A stretch of DNA of 64,000 nucleotides from the NCBI GenBank assembly GCA_045589295.1, contig JAZNOU010000012.1:64001-128000 (forward strand). The letters run 5' to 3'. This stretch comes from Clostridia bacterium. Its GTDB lineage: Bacteria > Bacillota > Clostridia > RGIG6154. Position numbers and translations under genes: made by a program. A model generated the notes under the pieces. It made no database searches and was not told the DNA's origin. It worked only from the letters and a program-made list of their open reading frames with translations. Every line of letters begins with the position of its first letter. Position 1 is the first letter of the stretch. Positions 48,912 through 57,355 of the stretch are shown here, piece after piece.

Positions 48912-49098
48912 TATACTTTTTACCTGTTGCAGTTATGTAAACAATGGTTGGTTGAACTTCTTCAACATCTTGTATTTGGGTATAAACCTCATTAGTAATA
49001 GGTTCATATGCAGCAACATTTGTAGAGGGGTTGTCACTGCAACCGATACAGGTTGTGATTATAAATAAGAGCAAAGCTATTATAAATAACTTCCGCAT
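48811..49098 (-). pseudogene. Lipoprotein truncated at the repeat element
   Basis: Lipobox CIGC; VYITATGKKY runs straight into repeat-derived sequence at about 48912. Confidence 0.55.
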
Positions 49099-49115
49099 AT
49101 AATTCTCCTTTAATT

Positions 49116-49296
49116 AAAAAAGTGTGTAGCCTTGAAACAAGAGCCACACACTAAAAAACGCAGGGACTCCCATTCAAAGTTTGCTACAACTTATGAATAT
49201 ATCTTAAACCCCAGAGGACAAGAAGTGAGAGTATACGCTTTTTACAAATAGCGTATACCTCTAGAGTTAAATATATTCAAATCCAAGTTGTAGCAC
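49116..49296 (-). ncRNA. Candidate structured sRNA / attenuator leader
   Basis: Promoter TTGTAA-17-TATACT (49329-49301), long rod closed by TGCTACAACTT/AAGTTGTAGCA, terminator 49116-49152. Confidence 0.55.
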
Positions 49297-49402
49297 TATT
49301 AGTATATCACAAACTTTTTAAAATTACAACTATAAAAATCATATCAAAAATAAATGGGCGAATGTATTTATTCGCCCGTATGCTAAATTTTCACAAAATT
49401 AT

Positions 49403-50068
49403 TTATTCACCAAACAAAGCCTTGTTTCTTTCTTCAACTTCTTTTCTCTTTTCAAGTTGCTCTTCCTTATAATTGGGATTTGAAGCTTTAACCTCAAAAA
49501 TCTGTTTTGTTAATTCTGCTACATTTAATGTTCCTTTTTCGTTTGAGTAGGAGGACTGATTTTTCGATGCTTTATCCATAGTATATTTGCCTTGCAGGCA
49601 TCCGACTACAACATAATAGTCTTCGTCTGTTGCAACGTCGCTGTCAGACCTACAAAGAAACAGCAACACATTTTCACCTTTTTTGAATTCTGGACTTTCA
49701 CTGTTTGTATATATGGTGGTTTTATCTTCTCCACCGTCAATTCTTACAGTTACCTGCTTGTTTTTATCCTCTCCGAACAAGACATTATCTACATTGATTA
49801 TAACATCCGTCTGCAAAATATTTCGTATTTCTTTACCTCTTTTAAAATCTGAGTTACTCCACTTGCTGTCTGAAAATTCTTGTACTGTACCTTCTATTAT
49901 TAAATCTGAGTTTAAAATTAAATCAGGTACATCCATGTTTGCAATTATGCCCGACGAGTGTATTAGGATTTTACCTGTGTTTGCTTTGTATATTTTTACT
50001 CCTGTATGTGCTGCGCAAACAACTAAAATTATACATAAAACTGAGATTGTGATCTTTGCTTTTTTCAT
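49403..50068 (-). CDS. Secreted/membrane hypothetical protein
   Basis: N-terminal TM, SDLIIEGTV, FKKGENVLLFL, QGKY; coupled to the protease gene. Confidence 0.75.
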   Translation of the reverse strand: MKKAKITISVLCIILVVCAAHTGVKIYKANTGKILIHSSGIIANMDVPDLILNSDLIIEGTVQEFSDSKWSNSDFKRGKEIRNILQTDVIINVDNVLFGEDKNKQVTVRIDGGEDKTTIYTNSESPEFKKGENVLLFLCRSDSDVATDEDYYVVVGCLQGKYTMDKASKNQSSYSNEKGTLNVAELTKQIFEVKASNPNYKEEQLEKRKEVEERNKALFGE

Positions 50069-50077
50069 ATTTTCCTC

Positions 50078-50659
50078 CTAATATATTGCAGCTATTCCTG
50101 CAATATCGTCGTCTGTTATAGTTCTTGTTTCACCAGGATTTAAGTAAGCGTACATAACGGCTGAACTAATATTGGTATGTTCTAAACCTAATAAATGACC
50201 TAATTCATGAGTTATTGCAGTTTGTGTATTAAATGATGTAGTTGCTGTTCCCCAGTCACAACTTACATTTATATCTATATCGGCTTCATAAATTGTTTCT
50301 GTTGTTATAGATTTTTGGATATAATAAGTCTGCATTAAATATGTTTCATTATATGATCCTCTATAACCTTTAGTTATTTCATTTGTGTTATTTTTAAGTG
50401 GGTACATTGTGTTAGAATGAGTTGCAGTATTGCGATATACTAACGCACTACTATGTGTTCCATTCCATGCAACGCATGAGTTATGGATAGCTGATAAAGT
50501 TGCGTTAGAGAAGCCGTCATAACATTTAACATAGGTAGGAACAGGGTCAAACCCTGAAGAATAACCAATATTATAAGCGTGTCCAACATATATTGTTCCA
50601 AATATTGCAATAAGCAAAATAATGATTGTTATATATAACTTGATCTTTTGCATTTTCAT
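50078..50659 (-). CDS. Matrixin/M10-family zinc metalloprotease
   Basis: Signal peptide; HELGHLLGLEH, AVMY Met-turn, DDIAGIAAIY. Confidence 0.88.
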   Translation of the reverse strand: MKMQKIKLYITIIILLIAIFGTIYVGHAYNIGYSSGFDPVPTYVKCYDGFSNATLSAIHNSCVAWNGTHSSALVYRNTATHSNTMYPLKNNTNEITKGYRGSYNETYLMQTYYIQKSITTETIYEADIDINVSCDWGTATTSFNTQTAITHELGHLLGLEHTNISSAVMYAYLNPGETRTITDDDIAGIAAIY

Positions 50660-50808
50660 ATTTTTTTCCTGTATAAGTTTTGTTATATTTTATTATAAGC
50701 CAAGTTTTATTTATTCCACATGACACATTATCACACCTTTCAAATAAAAAGCACAAGTCAATCTTTGAGACTGACTTGTGCTAAATCTTATGGTTAATGT
50801 TTTTATTT

Positions 50809-50886
50809 TTAATAACTTATATAAGGAACATAACGATGATTTAAATTAAACAAGCCAATCCGTTTTGAAGTAAACAATAAAACCAT
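50809..50886 (-). CDS. 25-aa micro-ORF with its own promoter and terminator
   Basis: TTGACA-17-TATATT, RBS GGAGGTG, MVLLFTSKRIGLFNLNHRYVPYISY, terminator AGCACAAGTCA...TGACTTGTGCTTTTT. Confidence 0.45.
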   Translation of the reverse strand: MVLLFTSKRIGLFNLNHRYVPYISY

Positions 50887-51023
50887 CGTTAACACCTCCA
50901 GTACAACTGTTTGGTTTCTCTATCTAGTTAAAATATAGCATATCTTTCATTAAATGTCAATAATTAATATTGCAGTGGTAGACAAAAATCTGTCCTTGTA
51001 CTATTTATTCTGCATATTTAAAT

Positions 51024-51293
51024 TTACGGCTTACAAACTGTGCAAGGCGTAAGTCCCGCTTTGATTGCATCAGATGTTTTTATGGCAGTTATGTACCCTT
51101 TATGTCTGCAACTGTTTCTGTGGTACTGCTTGTTTCCTTTTGCCTTATAAACAATTTTGTCTGTAGTTCTTTTCCCGTTTATCCTTGTGTTATGTATTGG
51201 CGTGTTTAGTGTTACCTCGCTGTTTTTACTTTCGCAGCCTACACAGCTTGATATTGTTATCATAAGTAAAAGTAAACTTAAAACTTTTCTCAT
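51024..51293 (-). CDS. Lipoprotein with C-terminal HxxxC...CxxC metal-binding motif
   Basis: Lipobox CVGC; YHRNSC...AGLTPCTVCKP. Confidence 0.75.
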   Translation of the reverse strand: MRKVLSLLLLMITISSCVGCESKNSEVTLNTPIHNTRINGKRTTDKIVYKAKGNKQYHRNSCRHKGYITAIKTSDAIKAGLTPCTVCKP

Positions 51294-51358
51294 ATAACTC
51301 CTCCCTTTAAATAAAGTATACCATAATTTCTAAAAAACTCCAATGGAAAAACATTCCT

Positions 51359-51436
51359 TTAAAGCAGGTTTCTCAGTGTTGTCAGCACAGCAAGGAAAAG
51401 CAACACTAAAAGCATAATTTTTAAAATCCGTTTCAT
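51359..51436 (-). CDS. 25-aa hydrophobic peptide or frameshifted lipoprotein remnant
   Basis: RBS AAGGAGG; MKRILKIMLLVLLFLAVLTTLRNLL. Confidence 0.4.
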   Translation of the reverse strand: MKRILKIMLLVLLFLAVLTTLRNLL

Positions 51437-51557
51437 AATTTGTCCTCCTTAACCAATTATATTAAAATTTTAGAGGATTATTAGCATTTACCTTGAAAAA
51501 ATATGTAAAATGGTATATACTAATAAAAAAGTATAATTGTATTAAGCAGAGGTAGTT

Positions 51558-52616
51558 ATGATTTTAGAAAAAACCGAAAAAAACTTAAGAGAATATGAAG
51601 AATTTGTAAAGAATTGCCCCAAAGGTCATTTTGCGCAAACGCCTATGTGGGCAAAGCTAAAGGACAACTGGAAAAATGAGATTGTTGTAAGCTATGATGA
51701 TGAGGGAAAAATCAACGGTGCAATGAGCATACTCATAAGAAAAGTGCCTGTTTTCAAAAGCACGCTTATGTATAGTCCGCGCGGACCTGTTTGCGATGTT
51801 CACAACAAAGAAATTCTTAAAAATCTTTTAGAAGGTGCGAAAACCTTAGCTAAAAAATATAATGCTTACGTTTTAAAGCTTGACCCAGATGTAAAAATCT
51901 CGGATACAGAATTTTTAGATATTATGAAAGACCTTGGGTTTAAGGTTAAGAGCGCGGGCAAAAACTTTGAAGGTATTCAGCCTAAATTCGTATTTCGCCT
52001 TGATGTTGAGGGAAAAACCGAGGACGAAATCTTTGCTGCATTTCATAACAAAACCAGATATAATATAAGAGTGGCTATCAAAAACGGAGTAACCACTTCA
52101 ATCGGCACAAGAGATGATTTAAAAAGATTTCACGAAATTATGGTTGAAACAGGTGCACGTGACGAATTTGTTATTCGCCCGCTGGAATACTTTGAAAAAA
52201 TGTATGATGCAATGGCGCCGACTGATAATTTAAGGCTTTATCTTGCACATTATGACGGAAAAATAATTTCTGGAACAATCGCTATAAAATACGGCGATAA
52301 GGTATGGTATCTTTATGGTGCAAGTTCTAACAGCTATCGTAATGTTATGCCAAACTACCTTTTGCAGTGGGAAATGATTAAGTGGGCAATAGAACAAAAA
52401 TGCAGAATTTATGATTTCCGCGGTGTTTCGGGCGATCTGAGCGAAGACAATCCGCTTTATGGACTTTACAGATTTAAAAAAGGTTTTTCGGGTGAATTTA
52501 CCGAGTTTGCAGGAGATATTGACTATGCTTTCAACCCTTTGATGAAGCTGATGGTCGAAAAAGGTGAACCTGTTTTCAGAAAAGTTAGAAGAAAGGTAAT
52601 GCTTTTAAAGAAATGA
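51558..52616 (+). CDS. FemABX/MurM-family peptidoglycan bridge aminoacyltransferase
   Basis: YSPRGP, KTRYNIR, YLYGAS, YDFRG, GLYRFKKGF. Confidence 0.9.
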   Translation: MILEKTEKNLREYEEFVKNCPKGHFAQTPMWAKLKDNWKNEIVVSYDDEGKINGAMSILIRKVPVFKSTLMYSPRGPVCDVHNKEILKNLLEGAKTLAKKYNAYVLKLDPDVKISDTEFLDIMKDLGFKVKSAGKNFEGIQPKFVFRLDVEGKTEDEIFAAFHNKTRYNIRVAIKNGVTTSIGTRDDLKRFHEIMVETGARDEFVIRPLEYFEKMYDAMAPTDNLRLYLAHYDGKIISGTIAIKYGDKVWYLYGASSNSYRNVMPNYLLQWEMIKWAIEQKCRIYDFRGVSGDLSEDNPLYGLYRFKKGFSGEFTEFAGDIDYAFNPLMKLMVEKGEPVFRKVRRKVMLLKK

Positions 52617-53701
52617 TTAAATACGTTGTTGATAAAGATATTTTAAGAGAAAATATAAGCATTATAAAATCCCTTGCAGGCACAACTCCTGTAATTGCAG
52701 TTTTAAAATGTAACGGCTACGGTTTGGGAACAGTTGAGCTTGCCAAGTTTTTGCTTTATCGTGGGATTGAGATTTTTGGCGTTTCTGATTTGAGTGAGGC
52801 GCTCACTTTAAGAAAAGCGGGCATTTTAAATGAAATAATTCTGCTTTCTTCAAATGCAGTTCCTGAGGACAACGAAAAGATTGTTGAAAATGATATTATA
52901 GCAACAGTCGGCTCAACAGATGCGGCAAAGGCGCTTGATGAGGTAGGCAAAAAGCTTGGCAAAACACCAAAGGCGCATATTAAAATTAATACAGGCATGG
53001 GAAGATATGGCTTTAACTGCGAGGATTTATTGTGGGTTAACGAGCTTAAAAAAACCGAGATTGATTTTTGCGGAACATTTACACATTTCTCGTTTTCTTT
53101 TTCGAAAGATGAAAAAGATGTGTCAAATCAGCTTGCAAAGTTTAAGACATGCATTAAAAAATTAAGACAAGCAGGTTTTGAAACAGGTGTTGTTCATGCT
53201 GCAAATTCACACGCGTTTTTAAAATATCCCAAAACCCATCTGGATGCCGTGCGTGTTGGCTCTGCATTTTTGGGCAGAGTAAATGGCGCTAAGGCATACG
53301 GACTTAAACCTGTCGGCTTTTTAGAAAGCAAAGTAAGCGATATAAATCACCTGAAAAAAGGCGAAAATATCGGATACGGAAACACATATAAAGCAAAAAG
53401 AGATATGAAAATTGCAATTGTTCCTGTTGGGTTTTCTAACGGATATGGAACAGAAAAATCAAGAGATACCTTTCGCATAAGGGATATTTTAAGGTATATT
53501 TTAAGTGACATTATCCCTAAGAAAAAGCATGTTAAGATAAATGGCAATGCCTATAAACTTGTTGGAAGGGTTGCAACGCTTAATGTTATTGCCGATGTAA
53601 CGGGTTCTGATGTAAAGCCAGGCGATAAAGTTGTTTTAAGCGCAAATCCGCTTCTTGTAGATTCCGGCGTGGAAAGAGAATTCAGGGGACTTGACTTGTA
53701 A
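52613..53701 (+). CDS. alr: Alanine racemase-family protein
   Basis: AVLKCNGYGLG PLP lysine, INTGMGRYG, FTHF, IGYGNTY. Confidence 0.8.
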   Translation: MIKYVVDKDILRENISIIKSLAGTTPVIAVLKCNGYGLGTVELAKFLLYRGIEIFGVSDLSEALTLRKAGILNEIILLSSNAVPEDNEKIVENDIIATVGSTDAAKALDEVGKKLGKTPKAHIKINTGMGRYGFNCEDLLWVNELKKTEIDFCGTFTHFSFSFSKDEKDVSNQLAKFKTCIKKLRQAGFETGVVHAANSHAFLKYPKTHLDAVRVGSAFLGRVNGAKAYGLKPVGFLESKVSDINHLKKGENIGYGNTYKAKRDMKIAIVPVGFSNGYGTEKSRDTFRIRDILRYILSDIIPKKKHVKINGNAYKLVGRVATLNVIADVTGSDVKPGDKVVLSANPLLVDSGVEREFRGLDL

Positions 53702-53783
53702 TACAATATTTTAAATATAAACAGGGACTGTTGATTTTTACAGTCCCTGTTTTGTAATTTGAATATGAAAAGACACTTTATTT

Positions 53784-54611
53784 TTACTTTATTGGTGATT
53801 TGCTTGCAGAGGCTTTATACTTGCTTGGGGTAATCCCAAAAGCCTTTTTAAAACTTTGGGTATAGTGGTTTTGCGAAGAATAGGACAAAATTTCCGAAAC
53901 CTCGCATATAGGGATATCGCTTTTAAGCAGTTCTTTTGAGTATTCGAGTTTTAATGAATTAAAGTGGTGGATTGCCCCGTTTCCTGTATACTTTTTAAAC
54001 ACCTTTTTTAAGTTTGCAACACTGGTGTTGGAGTATTTTGCAATCTCGTCTATTGTAATGTTGCGCCTTATGTTTGAGTTCATAAAGTGAAGTGCTTTGT
54101 AAAAAATATCACCTGTTGTTGAACTAAAAACAGATGCCTCACGGCGCTGTCTTAATAGCGAAAGAACAAGGCACTCGATTAAGTTTTTAAGCATCTGGCC
54201 GGTGCCGAATGGCGCAGTTTCGGTATCGCTTCCAACCCAAGGAAGGCCTTCTGACAAAATTCTTTCTATGTAAATAAAGTCTGTTTGCGAGATGTTGTAA
54301 ACCGCGTTGTCAGGAATTTTAGCAGAAAATGTCTGCATATCAAACGACATAACCAAAAGGCGCGCTTTCTCTTGTCCCACAACCCAGTTTTTGTGAAAAC
54401 AGTCAGGCTTTATGATAAATGCCTGCCCTTTTTTTAGTTCAAAAAGTTTGTCGTCTGCGGTTGTACCTACAGAGCCTTCCAAAACAATATTAATTTCGTA
54501 AAATGGGTGCGTTTCTCCGTAAAAAATGTAGTCTTTTTGCAGAGAAAGGTCATATAAAGTGTAAATCGAAGAAACAGAAATCACAGGGTCAAGTATTTTT
54601 TTTGAACGCAT
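53784..54611 (-). CDS. AraC-family regulator (cupin + HTH)
   Basis: GETHPFYEI, FKKAFGITPSKYK; start at ATG 54611. Confidence 0.9.
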   Translation of the reverse strand: MRSKKILDPVISVSSIYTLYDLSLQKDYIFYGETHPFYEINIVLEGSVGTTADDKLFELKKGQAFIIKPDCFHKNWVVGQEKARLLVMSFDMQTFSAKIPDNAVYNISQTDFIYIERILSEGLPWVGSDTETAPFGTGQMLKNLIECLVLSLLRQRREASVFSSTTGDIFYKALHFMNSNIRRNITIDEIAKYSNTSVANLKKVFKKYTGNGAIHHFNSLKLEYSKELLKSDIPICEVSEILSYSSQNHYTQSFKKAFGITPSKYKASASKSPIK

Positions 54612-54751
54612 AATCTCACCTCGAAAAGTAGCCGAATTTATAAATCTTGTAGCTAAATAAGTGTAGATTTTTGGCAAAAAATCTATTACAATTATTATGA
54701 TAACAAGTAAAATTTTGTTTGTCAATAGTTTTTTATAAAGGTGAGGTATTT

Positions 54752-56026
54752 ATGAAAAAAGTTAAAGTTGTTTTAATTGGTGCAGGTCTTCGTGGCATGG
54801 GGTATGCCAAGATAATGGCGGCAAGTCCGGAAAAATTCGAAATTGTTGCTGTAGCAGAACCTATTGAAAGCAGAAGAAATTTAATTAAGGAAATGTATAA
54901 CATTCCTGAAGATAAGTGCTTTGATGATTACAAGCCTCTTTTAGAGCTTGGCAAAATTGCAGATATCGCAGTTATTGCAAATCAGGATCGTCAGCATTTT
55001 GACTGTGCAATGATGGCAATTACATTAAAGTATGATCTTTTGCTTGAAAAACCGATTGCACCAACACCTGAAGAGTGCGTAAAGCTTGCAGCTTACGCAA
55101 AAGAAATGGGCGTAAGGGTTATTATTTGCCACGTTTTGAGATTTACACCATTTTTTGTTACTCTTAAAAATATTATTGACAGTGGAAAAATCGGTAAGCT
55201 TATGAACATTCATCACATGGAAAGCGTTGGAAATGTTCATCACAGCCACAGCTTCACAAGAGGTAACTGGGGCAATTCAGAAAGATCAAGCACAATGCTT
55301 TTGCAGAAAACCTGTCATGATATGGACATTTTGCAGTGGCTTGTTGGCAAAAAATGCAAAAAGGTAAGCTCATTCGGTAACCTTACATACTTTACACAGG
55401 CAAATGCTCCTGAGGGCTCAGCAGACAGATGCCTGGATTGTAAATATCAGGATACATGCCGTTTCAGTGCTAAAAAACTTTACTTAGAAAGTGATGACAA
55501 CGAATGGTTCAGACCAGCTTGTGCAAGAAAAGTAGAACCTACAGATGAAGATATTTTAGAAGCACTTAACACAACACAGTATGGCAAATGTGTGTATAAG
55601 TGTGATAATGACGTTGTTGACCATCAGGTTGTTAATATGGAATTTGAAGATGATATTTTGTGTGCATTTACAATGTCATCCTTTGGCGAAAGCGGCAGAT
55701 TTATAAACGTTATGGGAACAGAGGGCAACATCAATGTGAAGATGGAAGATGCGTCTGAGAAAATTCCTGTTTATAACTTTAACACATGGAAAACTGAGTA
55801 CGTTGACGTTGTTCAGGATGGTCTTAGCATGGGTTCACACAGCGGTGGTGACACAGGTATCATTGAAACACTTTATCAGTTTATCACAGGTACATACCAG
55901 GGTAAATCAATTTGCACAATCGAACAGTCAAAAGATAATCATATGATTGTTTTTGCGGCAGAAAAAGCGAGAGAAACAGGAACTATCGTTGACGTTGACG
56001 AATTTGTAAAAGATTATCAGTATTAA
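54752..56026 (+). CDS. Gfo/Idh/MocA oxidoreductase, copy 1
   Basis: IGAGLRG, LLEKP, HSFTRGNW, KTCHDMD. Confidence 0.92.
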   Translation: MKKVKVVLIGAGLRGMGYAKIMAASPEKFEIVAVAEPIESRRNLIKEMYNIPEDKCFDDYKPLLELGKIADIAVIANQDRQHFDCAMMAITLKYDLLLEKPIAPTPEECVKLAAYAKEMGVRVIICHVLRFTPFFVTLKNIIDSGKIGKLMNIHHMESVGNVHHSHSFTRGNWGNSERSSTMLLQKTCHDMDILQWLVGKKCKKVSSFGNLTYFTQANAPEGSADRCLDCKYQDTCRFSAKKLYLESDDNEWFRPACARKVEPTDEDILEALNTTQYGKCVYKCDNDVVDHQVVNMEFEDDILCAFTMSSFGESGRFINVMGTEGNINVKMEDASEKIPVYNFNTWKTEYVDVVQDGLSMGSHSGGDTGIIETLYQFITGTYQGKSICTIEQSKDNHMIVFAAEKARETGTIVDVDEFVKDYQY

Positions 56027-56060
56027 TTCTATAAATAACCTTCGCGGAGGTGTATGGATT

Positions 56061-57323
56061 ATGAATAAAGTTAAGGTGATTTTAATTGGCGCAAGCACAA
56101 GAGGTATAATTTATACCGATATTATGGCAAACCATCCTGATAAATTCCAGGTGGTTGCAGTAGCAGACCCGTCGAAAACCCGCAGAGATTACATAAAAGA
56201 AACTCACGGGATTTCAGACGATATGTGCTTTGACGATTACAAACCGCTTTTAGCACTTGGTAAAATTGCAGACGTTGCAGTGATTGCAACACAAGACCGC
56301 CTGCATTTTGAACCTGCAATGATGGCGATTTCTTTAAAATATGACCTTTTGCTTGAAAAACCGATTGCTCCAACTCCCGAAGAGTGTGTACAAATTGCAA
56401 GAAAAGCAAACGAAATGGGGTCAAAGGTTATAATCTGCCATGTCCTAAGATTTACACCGTTTTTTAATACTTTAAAAGATATTATTGACAGCGGAAAAAT
56501 CGGCAGAATTATAAACATCGACCATGTCGAAGGTGTTGGAAATGACCATTACGCCCACAGCTTTGTAAGAGGCAACTGGAGCAACAGCAAAGTGTCAAGT
56601 CCGATGCTTTTGCAAAAATCCTGCCACGATATAGATATTTTGCAGTGGCTTATCGGAAAGCAGTGCAAAAGAGTAAGCTCAGTAGGCATGCTTACTTATT
56701 TTAAAGAAGAAAATGCCCCTAAGGGCTCTGCAGAAAGATGCATGGATTGCAAGTATCAAGACACTTGCGGATACAGTGCTAAAAAGAAATATCTTGAAAG
56801 TGACGATAACACATGGATAAGACCTGCGTGCACAAACACAGTAAATCCAAGCGATGAAGAAGTTTTGCATGCCCTTAACACAACCACGTGGGGCAAGTGC
56901 GTGTTCAGGTGCGACAACGATGTAGTTGACCATCAGGTTGTAACTATGGAATTTGAAGATGACATTTTGTGTTCATTTACAATGTCAGGTTTTGCAGGCA
57001 TGGAAAGACATCTCTTTATTATGGGTACTGAGGGCGACATTAAAACAACCGCGACATCTGATAAAATTGCAGTTCACAATCACATAACAAACCAAACCGA
57101 ATATATTTCGCTTCCCGATGATGCACAAGAGAGTGCTCATGGCGGCGGTGATATAGGCATAGTTGATGCCCTTTACGAAGTTGTAAATGGAACATATAAA
57201 GGAAAATCAGTATGCTCAATCGAACAATCCAAAGACAACCATATGATAGTTTTTGCAGCCGAAAAAGCAAGAGAACAAGCCGTATGGATTGATATGGACG
57301 AGTACCTAAAAAGTTTTAACTAA
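56061..57323 (+). CDS. Gfo/Idh/MocA oxidoreductase, copy 2
   Basis: LLEKP, HSFVRGNW, KSCHDID; colinear with copy 1. Confidence 0.92.
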   Translation: MNKVKVILIGASTRGIIYTDIMANHPDKFQVVAVADPSKTRRDYIKETHGISDDMCFDDYKPLLALGKIADVAVIATQDRLHFEPAMMAISLKYDLLLEKPIAPTPEECVQIARKANEMGSKVIICHVLRFTPFFNTLKDIIDSGKIGRIINIDHVEGVGNDHYAHSFVRGNWSNSKVSSPMLLQKSCHDIDILQWLIGKQCKRVSSVGMLTYFKEENAPKGSAERCMDCKYQDTCGYSAKKKYLESDDNTWIRPACTNTVNPSDEEVLHALNTTTWGKCVFRCDNDVVDHQVVTMEFEDDILCSFTMSGFAGMERHLFIMGTEGDIKTTATSDKIAVHNHITNQTEYISLPDDAQESAHGGGDIGIVDALYEVVNGTYKGKSVCSIEQSKDNHMIVFAAEKAREQAVWIDMDEYLKSFN

Positions 57324-57353
57324 AAAAGCGATGCTTTAAGCATCGCTTTTTTT
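57323..57353. terminator. Bidirectional terminator
   Basis: AAAAAAGCGATGC-ttaa-GCATCGCTTTTTT between convergent genes. Confidence 0.85.
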
Positions 57354-57355
57354 AG

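Noticed and set aside
49116-49296. 6S RNA
   Set aside because: Size is similar, but the rod covers only about 115 nt, there is no symmetric central bubble, and it lies in an accessory islet; left as an unnamed candidate
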